The notes: generated by a model not told the origin, from the letters alone. Positions 1-12,207 are shown, numbered from the whole stretch's first letter. The stretch: DNA of 63,671 nt, filler included, from Olpidium bornovanus S191 (GCA_017911155.1; 32 parts of 32 records of this genome joined end to end with filler, not necessarily neighbours in it), one strand, 5' to 3'. Numbers and translations: made by a program.

Positions 1-1346
1 CATGGTTAATCTTGCGAAACCGCAAGGGCTCCTTAATTCCCCTCCAGGATTCCAATGTATGAAGCGCCAATGCCCTGATCAAACCTCCGGATGGTTATGG
101 CGCACCCGCTTGGATTTCAACTGTTAGCAGACAATGTGATGATTCCTGATACACTGCCTAGTATCCCACATTCAAGACGGTCTGTTTCTACCTTGTTTGT
201 GTGGAGATGGCACGGAAATGCCCCGTCACCTCTTCCTAGACTGCCTAACCGCGGCAAGGCCCGGGATGGCGCGCGCAAGCGAAAAATCCTTTTTCCCAGA
301 CAAGTACTCGACGTGTAGAAACCACTCGTGGTTGACCCCTGGCTAAATTTTGCTTCTGAAACTTTTTTTTGGAGGATAGGAGCGACGAGACCAGCGCTCA
401 ACTGCACTGAGACCTGCTTTTGTGTTCCTGGAATTTGAATTGTACCATAAAACAAGGTTTGGATCTAGCCGGTTCACCAAACAGTACCTGTGCCGGGGCC
501 CCTGTCAAGGCCCCTGCTTCATAGCTGGACAAAGACAACGGCGCGGCACGGGTGGTGTTAAACAAACCATGCCCCAACTCCCGGGGCTTAGCCGCCACCC
601 ACAAGAGTAGCAGGTTCGATTCCCTTTCGTCATGCGTACTGGTGCACATCTTGGCGGTGTACTGATCCTGCGTGGTAGTCTTTGACGCCTTGGATGATGA
701 CGGTCGCAAAGGGGGAGTGAAACCGTGAGAAGCGGACGGGTGATGTTGACAGGATGCGAACATCAGAACTATGGTCATCCCTCGGATGGTACATATCCTC
801 ATACACATAACTCGTGGGGTTGCAGTTCCACATGTTTGGTCAATGTTGACTAATTCGCAATTCGTAACATGTAAACTACTGAAAGCATGTGAATTATCCG
901 AGGAGATTATGCACCGTTTGGCGGCTGTCATTTTTTTTTTTTTTGTTGTTTTTTTGAGTTCTGGTCTGGTGTCCGTTGCATTCTTTCCCTTTGCTCGGTT
1001 CATTTAGGGGCTGCGGATGAAACATGCCTTGGATAATGGGCAAATCACCAACAGTGATTGTTGAAAGGCCGCGCGGGACGTGAAAAATGCGCCTTCTTCC
1101 ACGCGACGGACGCAACAGAAACAGCGCAGAACAAACGACAAGCGTGCTAAACAGCCGGATCGGAAGACCCCCGCGCGGGATCGGACGCGAAGATCGCGCG
1201 CCCTGCGGAGAAGGAAGGACCAGTTTCTACCCCGCAAGACACGTGCCCTCCTCCTTCCCCGGATACGGAATCTCTGCCTGGCACACGGGAACAGTGCCCC
1301 ACCCCAACCCAGCCCCTTCCCCTCCCCGGTCTCTCGCCAGAAGGCC

Positions 1347-2577
1347 ATGTCTCCGGTGAACTCAGACGCGGACGCGCTCGGTACGCGTGGCACGGTACTT
1401 GTTGCCCTTTTCCTTTGGCGGCGTGTAACACAAAAAGTGCGCGAGTAGGGGAGGGGATTTCCTCCTGTTCGTCCACCTGACCTCTTTCACTACACCGGGG
1501 GCGTTTCCAGCGCATTATGTACTCGACGAAGGGTTCCGGAAGGGCCTGTTTTCGGACGTGACGGTGCAGGTGCTCCGCAGGACGTACTCGTTGCACCGCT
1601 TTCTGCTTGCGCGCAGTCCATTCCTCCGCCGACTGCTTTCGTCCAACGCGAGGGCAAACATGGTGCTGCACGTGCCCGAGGAGTTCCGCGTCGACTCGCA
1701 GTGCATTGAGATCGCGCTGCAATACCTGTACATGCCCTCTGCAGAGGCCGCTGGCCGGCTGCTTCACGACGAGAATGTGTTCATTGTGGTAAGCGACCGG
1801 TGTCCCGCCGCCTGGTGGCAGGAACTCTCACCGCACGGCGTTCTAAACCCGACTGCTTGCCACAAAATTTCACGTTCGCCCGGGAATCCGCCGCTGCAGC
1901 TTAACGCCGCCACGTGGCTGGAGTTGGATGAGCTCTGCCAAGCCTGCGTGGGCTTTGTACAGGCCAGGCTCGGCGCGTTAACGATCCCCGTCTATGTCAC
2001 CAGAATCAGCAGCGAGCTGTGCCACGGCAAGTACGGAGAAGTCTTGAGACATATGTGCATGAGCTTCTTGTTACGCACCGCGTCAGCTTCGTCAGAAGTG
2101 CTTGCCCGTCTTCCGCTCGAATGGTTCCGTCGGGTGATCGCCTCGGACGCGCTGGCGGTGTCCTGCGAATTTGAGCGGTACAACGTCCTGAAACAAGTCA
2201 TCGAACTCAGACGATCCCGGCCGGTCCTGCAGCCCGTGAGCCTGGCGCGGAATGCGGCAATTAGGCGCGGACCGGGCAGGGGGACGACCAGCAGGCTCGG
2301 CCCCGCCGGAAAATGCGCGGCGGAACCGACGAAATGCGGCGTAAAGAGGCGTCTGTCCGACATTTCCAGCGAACTTGACGATGAGAACCGGAATAAGGTA
2401 ATCGACCTCACCGACGACGACGAGGGGGCCGGCCTGCGTCGAACCTCGCCGAGCCCATCTTCGTCGACGAGCAGCGCGCCCCTCGTGATGCGACACGGGC
2501 GAGGTAGGCAGCTGAGCCCGGCGGAGGAGGCAACGTTCCGCGAGATATTTGAGAACGACATCATCTACACCCACATG
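1347..2577 (+). CDS. BTB/POZ domain protein (BTB-BACK-like), 3' truncated, spliced
   Basis: MSPVNSDADALA + HYVLDEGFRKGLFSDVTVQVLRRTYSLHRFLLARSPFLRRLL is a BTB N-terminal motif; BACK-like LPLEWFRRVIASDALAVSCEFERYNVLKQVI; introns 1381-1510 and about 1788-1900. Confidence 0.8.
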
Positions 2578-2677
2578 NNNNNNNNNNNNNNNNNNNNNNN
2601 NNNNNNNNNNNNNNNNNNNNNTTAATTAATTAANNNNNNNNNNNNNNNNNNNNNNNNNNNNNNNNNNNNNNNNNNNN

Positions 2678-3474
2678 CATGCTACAGGTATGGTGTTCCA
2701 GTTCGTGAGTCTTTGTTCCCATCTTTCTCCTCCACAGCTCGGGTTCCAGGTGGTGACGCTCGTTCGGTGCTTTATATTTTCTTTATGAATCGCAGGAGAA
2801 CGGGAATAACTCGCGGCACATCTTGCCGGAGGTTGACTACTGGAAGCGGCTGCTGGATAACAAAGTCGTCGCCTACGTGACAGTGGAGCTGACCCCGCAT
2901 TTTGGAACGTTGACCAAGTTTGTCGGGATGGCCGAGAGGGAAGAGGACATCAACCAAATGCCCGCAGGTAAGCATCCCTCGCTTGCCTCTCCACTCCCTT
3001 CTCTTCCTCTCCCACCCCTGCCTAATTTACTAGGTTTCACGTTCGGCGACCGTTTGGATGCACTATATCGCTTTTGCTGTTTCCATTCTAACGCCACCCT
3101 GGCCAACAAAAAAAAATGTCCGAAAACAAGAGCTTTTCGAAAAGGAGTCAGCCGACTTCAATGCCAACTGGCGCCAGTCTATCGCAACGATCAACGCGTC
3201 GGTGATCCAGCACTTCAGCAATTTCAAGATGGGAACGATGCTCTTGCACGCTGTCCTGGGCCAGGTGGTGATGGAGTACACCCGCTTTGTCGCGCTCATC
3301 GACAAGCGGTTCGGGCGCGGCGGCGGCGCGGGGACGGCCGCCGACACGGAGGAAAACGGCGCGGGGGACGGAGATGGGGGACGGGAAGGGGCGTCGTACG
3401 GCTTTAAGGAAAAGCCCGTCGGATTGCAGAACCTCATGGTCGAGATCAAGAGGATCGGAGGGGTCCGTTTTTAG
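2678..3474 (+). CDS. VPS52: GARP complex subunit Vps52, C-terminal part (5' truncated)
   Basis: YWKRLLDNKVVAYVTVELTPHFGTLTKFV; FNANWRQSIATINASVIQHFSNFKMGTMLLHAVLGQVVMEYTRF; terminal VGLQNLMVEIKR resembles the Vps52 end (INIHHLMVELKK). Confidence 0.88.
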
Positions 3475-4282
3475 AGAGAAGGCGATTCAAAGCGGCTCGC
3501 GTTTTGTTTCTCTTTCTCGCCATCTCTCTTTCTCTCTTGTTCTCTCTCCCTTTTTTTTTAAACCCCCGCAGGACATCTCGTTGACGGGCTTCCCTCTGGC
3601 GGTTCTCATAGTCACGTATTATTTTTTCTTCCCCCCCCCATTGCGCAAGTTTCCATCAGCGTTACGGGGTCTCGGCGAACCAAAGTTGCTCCAAAGTTCA
3701 GACGGTTTTCATCTGGCAAGAAGGGCAGACGTTGAGAAGGGAAGGGGGGGGGGGGGGCATTCACACGCCAGGCGCGGTTGTCAAACTGTCCAGCGTTAGC
3801 TGCACGTGCCTGCGGGCGCCCGGTTCGTGAGCAAAATGAACAGCGGCCGGCACGTCAACCGCCCCGGCGAGGGTTGGCGTCGTCCCAAGCAGACATCCCA
3901 TGTTCCGCAGGAGAAGGACGTGCGGGCGTGGGGGTCGGGGAGATTCGTTTGCTCTTCTCCTTTCCGTTCCCTCCCTCCCCACCCCGGATACCTCGCTCCA
4001 CACCTCGCTGCGACACCACAACCCTCAAATCATTTGGTCCCCTTCTCCCTGCCGGACGCTTACGACGACCGGCGGACGGCGTGCTCCGAGGACGGGAGAA
4101 GAAGGACGACCCAACCGGCTTCGGATGCCCCGCGCCGAAGCGCCCTTCGGGGCGAGCCCCGAGGAGAAGGGGTAAGCGAACGCGGTCTCGAGAACAGTAC
4201 GAAAGCAGCAAGGGCTTCTCCCCGCCGGTCCCGTCTAGACCGCAAACCCAATCGAGGAGGGGAAATTAAAAGCATCTCGACG

Positions 4283-4366
4283 CCAGTGTGCTGGGTGAGC
4301 CCGGTAGGGTGAAACCCAGTGTGCCGGGTGAGCCCGTTCGGGTGAAACCCAGTGTCTGGCGTGAAA
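4283..4366 (+). repeat. 33-bp tandem repeat, about 2.5 copies (CCAGTGTGCYGGGTGAGCCCGKTMGGGTGAAAC)
   Basis: Units at 4283-4315, 4316-4348 and a partial unit at 4349-4366, read directly. Confidence 0.9.
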
Positions 4367-4396
4367 AAACGTCCGTCCGTCTGTCATCGAGCTCAG

Positions 4397-4690
4397 CCAA
4401 TCAGAACGTTCCCCCCTCACCCCTGTCGAGAATAAAGGGGGAGGCTGAGCAGCACGAGCACTGCGCACGCCGGAAAGCCCCTGTTACCCCTTTGTGGAGT
4501 TTCTAGTTTCCCGCCATATAAAACAGGCCGGGAGTAGATAGCGGCGCAACGCCCCGAATACAATCCTCTTCTTCTCTTTCGGCTTCGGGAATCAACAGGT
4601 TATGAGCCCAAACCGCCAACTCTTCCCTGTCCGACGAACCACGGAAAGGACCGGAAGTCGCGTGAACGGCGACCATGGAGAAGAAGAAGC
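4397..4690 (+). promoter_or_regulatory. Putative Pol II promoter (CCAAT 4397, TATAAAA 4517) upstream of an ATG at 4675 (MEKKK..., truncated)
   Basis: Motif order CCAAT-TATA-ACCATGG; the gene is cut by the contig end. Confidence 0.4.
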
Positions 4691-4790
4691 NNNNNNNNNN
4701 NNNNNNNNNNNNNNNNNNNNNNNNNNNNNNNNNNTTAATTAATTAANNNNNNNNNNNNNNNNNNNNNNNNNNNNNNNNNNNNNNNNNNNN

Positions 4791-4915
4791 AGGGGAGGGT
4801 GAGAGGGAGGAAGATGAGCGTGACAGTGATGACGATGAGGGCGGAGAGGGAGAGGAAGACGAGAGCGACAGCGGCGAACTTGAGGAAGGCGACTTCGATG
4901 AGTTCGGCATGCGTG
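4791..4915 (+). CDS. Acidic low-complexity exon fragment (EGEREEDERDSDDDEGGEGEEDESDSGELEEGDFDEFG)
   Basis: Strong D/E codon bias; gene identity unknown. Confidence 0.35.
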
Positions 4916-5029
4916 CTTGCGAGAGGGAAAGATTCTTTTGGTGGGGGGGGGGGGGGGGATTTTGTTTCGGGGGACACACGCGAAAATAAATTGCAAACTG
5001 TCACTGTCAGCCATCCCTTGGTCAGCCAT

Positions 5030-5420
5030 CCCTAGGTGAGCGGAGACGGCGGGGAAGGGCAGCGCCGGTGAGCGGGGCTGGCGGGGAAGGGCAGCGCCGG
5101 TGAGCGGCGACGGCGATGGACGGCGGACGGGGACGGCGGCGGGGCGCCGTCAGAGTCTCTTTGGGCGGATGGCGAACGGCGCAGACGGCGACGGCGGCGG
5201 AGGAGGAGCCGTCAAAGTCCCGTTGGGGAACCGCCGTCTGATGCCGGTGAGCGGCGTCAGCGGAGGGTCCGTCAGAGACTTGTTGGGCGCAGCCGAGTGA
5301 AGGGCCGCGGCGACGGCGGACGGATGGCAAAAGAGGGCGGTGCCGGTGAGTGGCGGCTGCCGTCAGAGTCCCGTTGAGCGCCGCCGACGGCGGCGACGGG
5401 GGAGCCGTAAGGTCCGAGTT
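5030..5420 (+). repeat. Degenerate GC-rich repeat array with recurring GCCGTCAGAGTCCCGTTG and GGTGAGCGG motifs
   Basis: About 5 copies of a GCCGTCARAGTC..TTGGG-like motif near 5146, 5208, 5268, 5359 and 5404. Confidence 0.65.
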
Positions 5421-6919
5421 GGGCTCATAAGCTGTTGGTTCTTGGTGTGCGTGCGGAGACGCGTTTATTCGGGATAGAATGTGGGATATACATACACAAC
5501 CAAACCCCCCAGATATCTCGTCGATATGTTGGTAGTCTCCAACACGACATCATCAGAAGATATCGCACGACAGCCAACGCGAGCTCCTCCTGCAAAAAAT
5601 AAATCGATTTCACGCGACGTCGCGGATACGATGTTGCGCTGTAGTGAAGAAAAGTAAGGTCGTGTGGTCAGAGACCGGGCAACACCAAAAGTCGGCAATT
5701 AAATTCCAAAAGTAAAGTGGAGAAATCCACCAGATAGAGTTGGCCGGTGGGAGGGCGAGCGGCGTAACCAAGGCGACGGTTGGCGCGAAAATCTCTCTCC
5801 CTCGCGTCCCCTTCTTCCCCCCCCCCCCCTCCCCCCCCCCCTCCCCCCACGCGAACGCGTGCGAGATGTCCGCACAGTCTCCCGAATGTAGAAAACAACG
5901 AGAAAAGGTGCACGGAACGGCGTTCGTAGAACGAACGAACGAGCAAAAAGAACAAACGGATTCCCCCCCTTCCCCAACGAGAGCGATTCGGAGAGGAAGA
6001 GAACGAAATGACGAGCGAGCGAACGGAAAATTGTAGACGTGGAATCGAAAGCTTCGGAATTGGTTTTTTGGAGTAGCGATACTGGAACCAGAGTTTACTC
6101 ACAAGGCCCGGCGCCGTCTACTCCAGCTGCCCACCCATTTTCCCCACTAAAGCGCGACGTCGAGGATACGATGTCACGTAATGTTGAGGATACGATTCGT
6201 GCGACGTTGAGAAAATGATGTCGCCCGAGCACATCCCTGGTATCTGTACCAACATCGTCGTGCACACATCGCATCGGCATCGCCTCCAGGTTGTGTTTTT
6301 GCTCCGCTGCCATTGCCTGGTCGACGTCGGGGATTGCGTCGTGAGGAATTGCGCGCAACGCCAGGTACTGATCGCGTCAAGCAGGGTCGGAAACGCCGTG
6401 TGTGTGTGACATCACATTCGTCACGTATTTACAGTCTCTGTCTACGTATATCTTTTAATCCCGGCTGCCTCACGCTCCCCGCCCTCCCCAATGCCATGAA
6501 CGTTGGCAGCGCAGTATCACCTTTCCACACCGTGCTAAGATTAGAATTGAAGGCTTCGTATCGTATATTAAATGCTTGTTAATTATCGAAAAGGCCCATG
6601 CCATGTCACCCCTCGATCTCAATTCCAATGTGTATTTTCTATCTAATTTAAATCTAACTATCAGAGTGCTTGTCGTTCATCCCATCAGCATTGATGTAGC
6701 ACACCATTTTATCTGACCACTCNNNNNNNNNNNNNNNNNNNNNNNNNNNNNNNNNNNNNNNNNNNNTTAATTAATTAANNNNNNNNNNNNNNNNNNNNNN
6801 NNNNNNNNNNNNNNNNNNNNNNGACGGCGGGAGGGAGAAGCCCACTGGAGCTCCCCTCCCGGCCTTTGGCATCTTTGATCACGTGACCGTAGAGCGCACT
6901 TTTCCCGTTCACAACAAGA

Positions 6920-7043
6920 TGTTGGGGGTTTATTGCGTCTTCAAAGCTCTGTGGAGGATTGATACGGTGAAGAAGGGGTGGCTGCGAAGGAGGAAGGGAG
7001 CGTCACATGACTTGGGGACTCCAATCTACAACGGCTCTCAACC
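6920..7043 (-). mobile_element. Short (about 120-bp) copia 3' LTR preceded by a polypurine tract
   Basis: On the minus strand, GAAGGGGGGGG (7052-7042) is followed by TTGAGAG...AATAAACCCCCAACA; the CAACA end and AATAAA signal lie downstream of a copia RNase H remnant. Confidence 0.65.
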
Positions 7044-7234
7044 CCCCCCTTCGACCAAACTGCTATATAAAAGCAAAAACGGCAAAAACGTTGGAGATGA
7101 TGGCACAACAAAATAAAGATGATGTACGACGGGAACAAAAGGATATAAGTCAATGAATGATAGAAGGAGCGGCGACAAGCCCGAGCTCGGGGGTACGTGT
7201 AGTGAATCAACGATGGGGGGAGGATCTTAGTAAG

Positions 7235-7600
7235 TGAAGGTGTGCGGATTATTTCGCGCTGGCGACACGCTCGATGGCGATGCTGCCATTCTTGACCGAA
7301 TCCCGCGCGAGCTGCGCTTTGATTTTGATGTGTCTCGACCTGCGAGTCCGGCTTTGCCTGCGGCAAATATCGAGAGAACCGTTGTTGTCGATGGCGAATG
7401 GCGTTGGCGGTGGGCGGCAGAGCTCGATGTAATGAAGTATGCTTCGCACCCAACAAAGCTCTTGGTCGGCGGCCGCGGCAGCGATAAATTCAGCCCTCCG
7501 TGGACGAGGCCGCCGCGATCGTTTCCACAATTTGTTCCTCTCGCTGAAACAAACCTGGCCCGTTTGTGCAGTGACTTGTTCCAGACGTGCCGTTCGGTAG
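7235..7600 (-). mobile_element. Degenerate Ty1/copia pol remnant, RNase H domain
   Basis: AEFIAAAAADQELCWVRSIL...PTPFAIDNNGSLDICRRQSRTRRSRHIKIKAQLARDSVKNGSIAIERVASA, then frameshifted NPHTFT (compare NPADIFT). Confidence 0.88.
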
Positions 7601-7861
7601 CTTGCACAAGCTGAACCTGTTTTAAGGAGGGTCATGGCCTGTTTTCCCGAGGTCGCTAGGCTGCGACGGGGCGAGGGCGCGTGGCGCCGGAGGGCGGGTG
7701 GGACGTGCTGGGCGCGTGCGTGGGCGGGCTGCACGTGAAACCCGCCCACGAACCCCCGCCCGCCTCGTTCCCGCGACGCCCCCCGTCCGAAAACAAAAGT
7801 CGCTCGTCGAAAAAAAAAAAAAAAAAAAAATAGAGAGACCCGCTTTCGGCAGCTCGACACC

Positions 7862-9120
7862 ATGGAAACCGAGTTCGCAGACCACGCGCCGAGGTGGGCG
7901 GAGGTGGTGCCGGGCAGGCCGGCCGCTGCGGGGGGGGGGGCCGGGAGGGCGCCCGTCGGACGTCTCTTGCCTTCCCTGTCTCCGGCGCGCGCTTCTCGCT
8001 CACATCCCCGCCGTTCCTGCCCCGCATCCCCCCCCCCTCTCTCACCCCATCAGGTACGCTGTCGTCGAGGACGACGAGTACGAGTGGGAGGCGGGCCCCG
8101 GGCGGCGGGACGGCGACCCCTGCGTGTGGCCGAGCCCGTCGCTACTGGCGTCCGGGGGGAAGCGAGGCGTCCCCTGCGAGCTGCTGGTCGTCGCGGTGTC
8201 GGAGGCGGCGCGGACGTTCGTCGCCGCGACGCTGGAGCTCTGTGAGCGCGCCGCCGTCATCGTCGTGCCGCAGACCGCGCCGCCGCCGGGACAGAAAGTA
8301 CGACGTTCGTGGGCGCCCGGCGTGGAACGCGTATTGCCCTGTGCGGCGGCGGATGATCGTGGCTCCTGCGGTCTTTCGCGCAACGGAAACGTCCCCGGGG
8401 CTCACCTCCCTAACGCCCTTGCACCTCCCCCTTTCACCATCCACACCACACTTCCCAACCACGCGATCCGTCTGTCTGCTTCGCCACCCCGTGCTCCCGC
8501 CATATAGGCTTCCCGCCCGCACGGCGTGGATGACAGCCGGTTCGTCGGCGTGGTCGACCGCGCGGCCGCCGGCAGCGTGGTGTACGTAGCCACCTACGAA
8601 GCCGACGCACCGGAACACGCCGCGCTTGCCGCCAAGTCACTTCTGGACGTGTTCGCGCCCACAACGTACGCGCTGCGAAACCTGCGCTGGCGTCACCAGC
8701 GTGGGGGGGGGGAAAGGCGGAAACGGAGGGTGGTGGTGGCGGTGGTGGTGGGGGAAGTGGAGGTCGCTCCATTTCTCGCCGACACTGGTACGCCTCCGCT
8801 GAGCCGGCCTCCCCATTTTTTTTTCCTTGCCTTCCCCCGTTCGTTCCAGCACGATCGTGCTAGACAGCATAGCCCCGTCTCAGCTTTTCGGGTCGGGAAA
8901 CGAGGAACGCAACATGACCTGTCTCCGGTCGCTCAAGACCAGCGCTGCCAAGGAAGTGCGTGGCCGGTGTGGGGGGGTTCCCTGTGAAACTCTTACATAA
9001 CCGCCGCGTTTGCAATCAAAACCGGTAACCCGGTGGTCGGTGGCGTGCAGGCCATATGCAAGCCGCTCCAGCCGCCGTCGGCGATCCAGGGTTTCGGAGC
9101 CGCCGTCATCTCCGTGGTGC
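7862..9120 (+). CDS. PSMG1: Proteasome assembly chaperone 1 (PAC1/Pba1), spliced, 3' truncated
   Basis: PCELLVVAVSEAARTFV resembles PCSKFIIAIGNNAVAFL; CKPLQPPSAIQGFGAAVISV resembles CPLLEQPNIVHDLPAAVLSY. Confidence 0.75.
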
Positions 9121-9904
9121 GTGTCAAACGGACATTCCCCTTCTCACCCCTCCCCCCCCCCCCCCCCCCCCCCCCCCCGCCCCCCCCCGCCCCCCCGCCC
9201 CCCCCCCCCCGGGCCCCCCCCCCCCCCTCCCCCCCCCCCCCGCTTTAAAAAAAAAAAAAAAAAAAAAAANNNNNNNNNNNNNNNNNNNNNNNNNNNNNNN
9301 NNNNNNNNNNNNNTTAATTAATTAANNNNNNNNNNNNNNNNNNNNNNNNNNNNNNNNNNNNNNNNNNNNCATGCTTTGCATACGCGGCACCCAGGGTGGT
9401 TGCTAAACGGCAAACCGCCTGGGGTCGGCTACCAGAAAGGCAGAAAGATGATCTTGTAAATTTTGGATTACCGTGGGTTACGGTGCACGCGATGCGGAGT
9501 GTCGGAGAGAACGGGGAAAAGGTCTCAGGTTGAATCGAAGGGCATCGCGCTGTAGGAACTTCCTCCTCTCATAAACCCCTGGAGCTCCCCCAAGGAAGCC
9601 CTCACCTCAGACCGACTAGAAGTAAACAGCGTAAAAAACAACTCCCTTACGGAGTCTTGTAGAAAAGACTTCCTTCAACTCTGCTTCCCGTTTCGCCCCG
9701 AGTTCTGCGTCCTCCGTGCTTGGTAGATTGCGACAAGTAAATGGGGTGTTTTTTTTTTTTTTTTTTTTGGTGGGGGGGGGGGGGGGGGGGGGGGGGCGGG
9801 AGGGATGGCACCCTTTCTCCTTCCGACCCCGCCCTTCCGCTCTTTCCCTGCCCAGAAGGCGGTCCTTCACACCCAAATAGGAGGCACGCCGCGACTCCCC
9901 AGCA

Positions 9905-10587
9905 ATGTTGCCCGCTGCGGGCGCAGGATTCCAGGCTGAAGCTGCCGCCGCCGCTCCGCCCGCGCCGCCCCCCCACCAGCAGCAGCAGGAGCAGCCCGCG
10001 GGCGCCGTCCCGCCGCCAAAGGATCCCGTTTCGCTTGACCGTCAGTGTGCCGCAGATCACCCGAACGCTTGCGCGGGGAACGTTCCTTCTCCCCTTCGCC
10101 GTCGTGGCCGCTCAAGCCCTTCCTGACTGCCGCGCTTGCTCTGCTTCGACCCCGTCTTCCCCTCCCCCTTGACTCGCCCTAGTCTTCGCTGTTGTCAACG
10201 AGGTGCGCAGCAGCCACGGGATGCGTCACCAAGACTATCAGCGTTGCAGGTAGCGAACGCGAACAACCCCCACACGCCGCCTTTTTTTTTTGTTAAGCCG
10301 GGAGAGAGCGGCGGGGCCGGTGAAGTTTTTTTGAGGATAGAGAGAGAAAAAGAGCGCGCGCAAGGGCAATTCGGTTGCTAATCAGCGGCGCTTGGCCACT
10401 TCCGAACTTCGCGGGTGCGCGCGGGGGTGGGGCGGTGTGTGTGTGTGTGTGGGGGGGGGGGGGTTACAGGGAGCACCTCACCGGCCGCCTGCGGCGCTTG
10501 CGCAAACAGCTCGGTCTCCATGACCAGACGCGGGGTAAGAACTTCAAGCGCAGAATCTTGAGGAAGGAAGACGTCGCGGACGCGAGG
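9905..10587 (+). CDS. SRP68: Signal recognition particle subunit SRP68, N-terminal exons
   Basis: PVSLD|VFAVVNEVRSSHGMRHQDYQRCR|YREHLTGRLRRLRKQLGLHDQTRGKNFKRRILRKEDVADAR matches the SRP68 RNA-binding N-terminus (GLRHGDFQRYRGYCSRRQRRLRK). Confidence 0.88.
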
Positions 10588-10620
10588 TAACGGCCGAGTG
10601 TCCCGTGAAGCGTCGCTCTC

Positions 10621-10656
<36 letters not shown>

Positions 10657-10796
10657 GGCCCGCGCGCTGCCGCTTCTGCCGCTGCTGCCGCTGGTGCTTC
10701 TGCGGGCGGTGTGTGTGTGTGTGAGTGTGCTGGGAAAAAGGAGGGGGGGCCACCTCCCGGGCGGCGGGTGTTGCCTCTCCTCGCCCTCACCCTTTC

Positions 10797-10839
<43 letters not shown>

Positions 10840-10979
10840 CCCCCCCCCCCCCCCCCCCCCCCGCCCCTTTTCCCCCCCCNNNNNNNNNNNNNNNNNNNNN
10901 NNNNNNNNNNNNNNNNNNNNNNNTTAATTAATTAANNNNNNNNNNNNNNNNNNNNNNNNNNNNNNNNNNNNNNNNNNNN

Positions 10980-11622
10980 CCATGTTCGTTAAGCCGACCG
11001 TGTTCTCGTACGTTTCCCAGACCCTCTTGTTTCCCAGACCCTTTCGGCGCCCGATTTTATGGTTTTTTTGTTTTTGTTTTTGCTTTTAGTTGTGCTTTTT
11101 ATTTTGTTTTTGTGTTTGTTTTCGTTTTGCCTTTGTTTCTGCCTTAATTGTTGTCTTCGTTTTCACGGTTTTTTTCTTGAGGGGGGTTTTTGTTTTTGCT
11201 TTTTTGATAATGAGTTTGCTTTTTTATTTTGTTTTATTTTTGGTTTTGTTTTCGGTTCGCCTTTGTTTCCACCTTCATTTCTGCCTTAAACTTTTTCTTT
11301 GTTTTTGTCTTCGATTTTGGACTGGTTTTCGTTTTAGCATGAACTTTCAATTGATTTTTCGCGTCCCCCTCCCACCACCACCATCCCTTTTTTATTTTCC
11401 AGTGACAAGGATCTGTACATGGGCAAGCTGCGCTTCGAGAACATCGGAGAACGCACCCAAAAGTGGCTCAACCGCGTCCTCTACCATAACAGCGAGTCAA
11501 TCCACGTGGTCTCGTCGCACGGTATCTTCCTCAGCACGGTCCTGGAACAGGTCGGGTTCGGTAGGTACCGCCTCGGGAACTGCGAGATGGTTCCGCTCCT
11601 GTTGGTGCCGGCTGATCAATGA
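10980..11622 (+). CDS. Histidine phosphatase (phosphoglycerate mutase-like) family, C-terminal part
   Basis: ENIGERTQKWLNRV...IHVVSSHGIFL...RLGNCEMVPL contains the vvSHG and lgNcE motifs; about 400-bp T-rich intron. Confidence 0.8.
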
Positions 11623-12207
11623 TGACGAGGATCAGAATTAGAAAGGTGTTAAGAAACTCTTGTGGCAGGTTAAATGATAGTTTTACATAACACAACCCAG
11701 TTATAGACACTCACCAGAGCTCGATAGAGTAGATGAATCAGCGAAAGCCGTCATAAAATATCGCCCGAAACAGCGGCAAAACCTGCCCACGTTGTTTCAG
11801 AACGTATCCGAGGACTCTTTTTTCAGCCCGAGTCCTCCATCTTCCAGAATGGCCAGCGTCGTAATTGTTCCCGCGACCAAAAAGGAAAAACGAATAAATC
11901 TCTCGGGCATTGAAACCACGGTACTCCGGGAAGGAGTCACACCTGTAAACAGCGGAACCCTGCCTCTTTTCCCCCTTTATTCTTTTCTTTATTTACGTTC
12001 GATGGTAGGAGTTTCAGGAAAGTTTTTTTTTACGAAGTGGAAAAAGGGCGCCAATAGGAGGGGCCGGTTTCGTTGACGGCAAACGTCGCAGGGGGGGGGG
12101 GGGGATANNNNNNNNNNNNNNNNNNNNNNNNNNNNNNNNNNNNNNNNNNNNTTAATTAATTAANNNNNNNNNNNNNNNNNNNNNNNNNNNNNNNNNNNNN
12201 NNNNNNN

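Noticed and set aside
590-630. GGTTCGATTCC B-box / T-loop motif suggesting a tRNA
   Set aside because: The T-stem does not pair (GCAGG versus CCCTT) and no acceptor or anticodon arms form.
2622-2633. TTAATTAATTAA palindrome repeated throughout the window
   Set aside because: Artificial six-frame stop linker inside N padding; not biological.
4283-4366. 33-bp palindromic repeats as a CRISPR array
   Set aside because: Units are adjacent with no spacers, there are only 2.5 copies, no cas genes, and the context is eukaryotic.
6160-6196. GTATCCT motifs on the minus strand as U12 (minor) intron donors
   Set aside because: They read GTATCCTC rather than RTATCCTTT, lack a matching TCCTTAAC branch site, and belong to a repeated motif.
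9143-9269. Poly-Pro, poly-Lys, poly-Gly and poly-Phe ORFs in the six-frame track
   Set aside because: Translations of intronic or contig-end homopolymers; not proteins.
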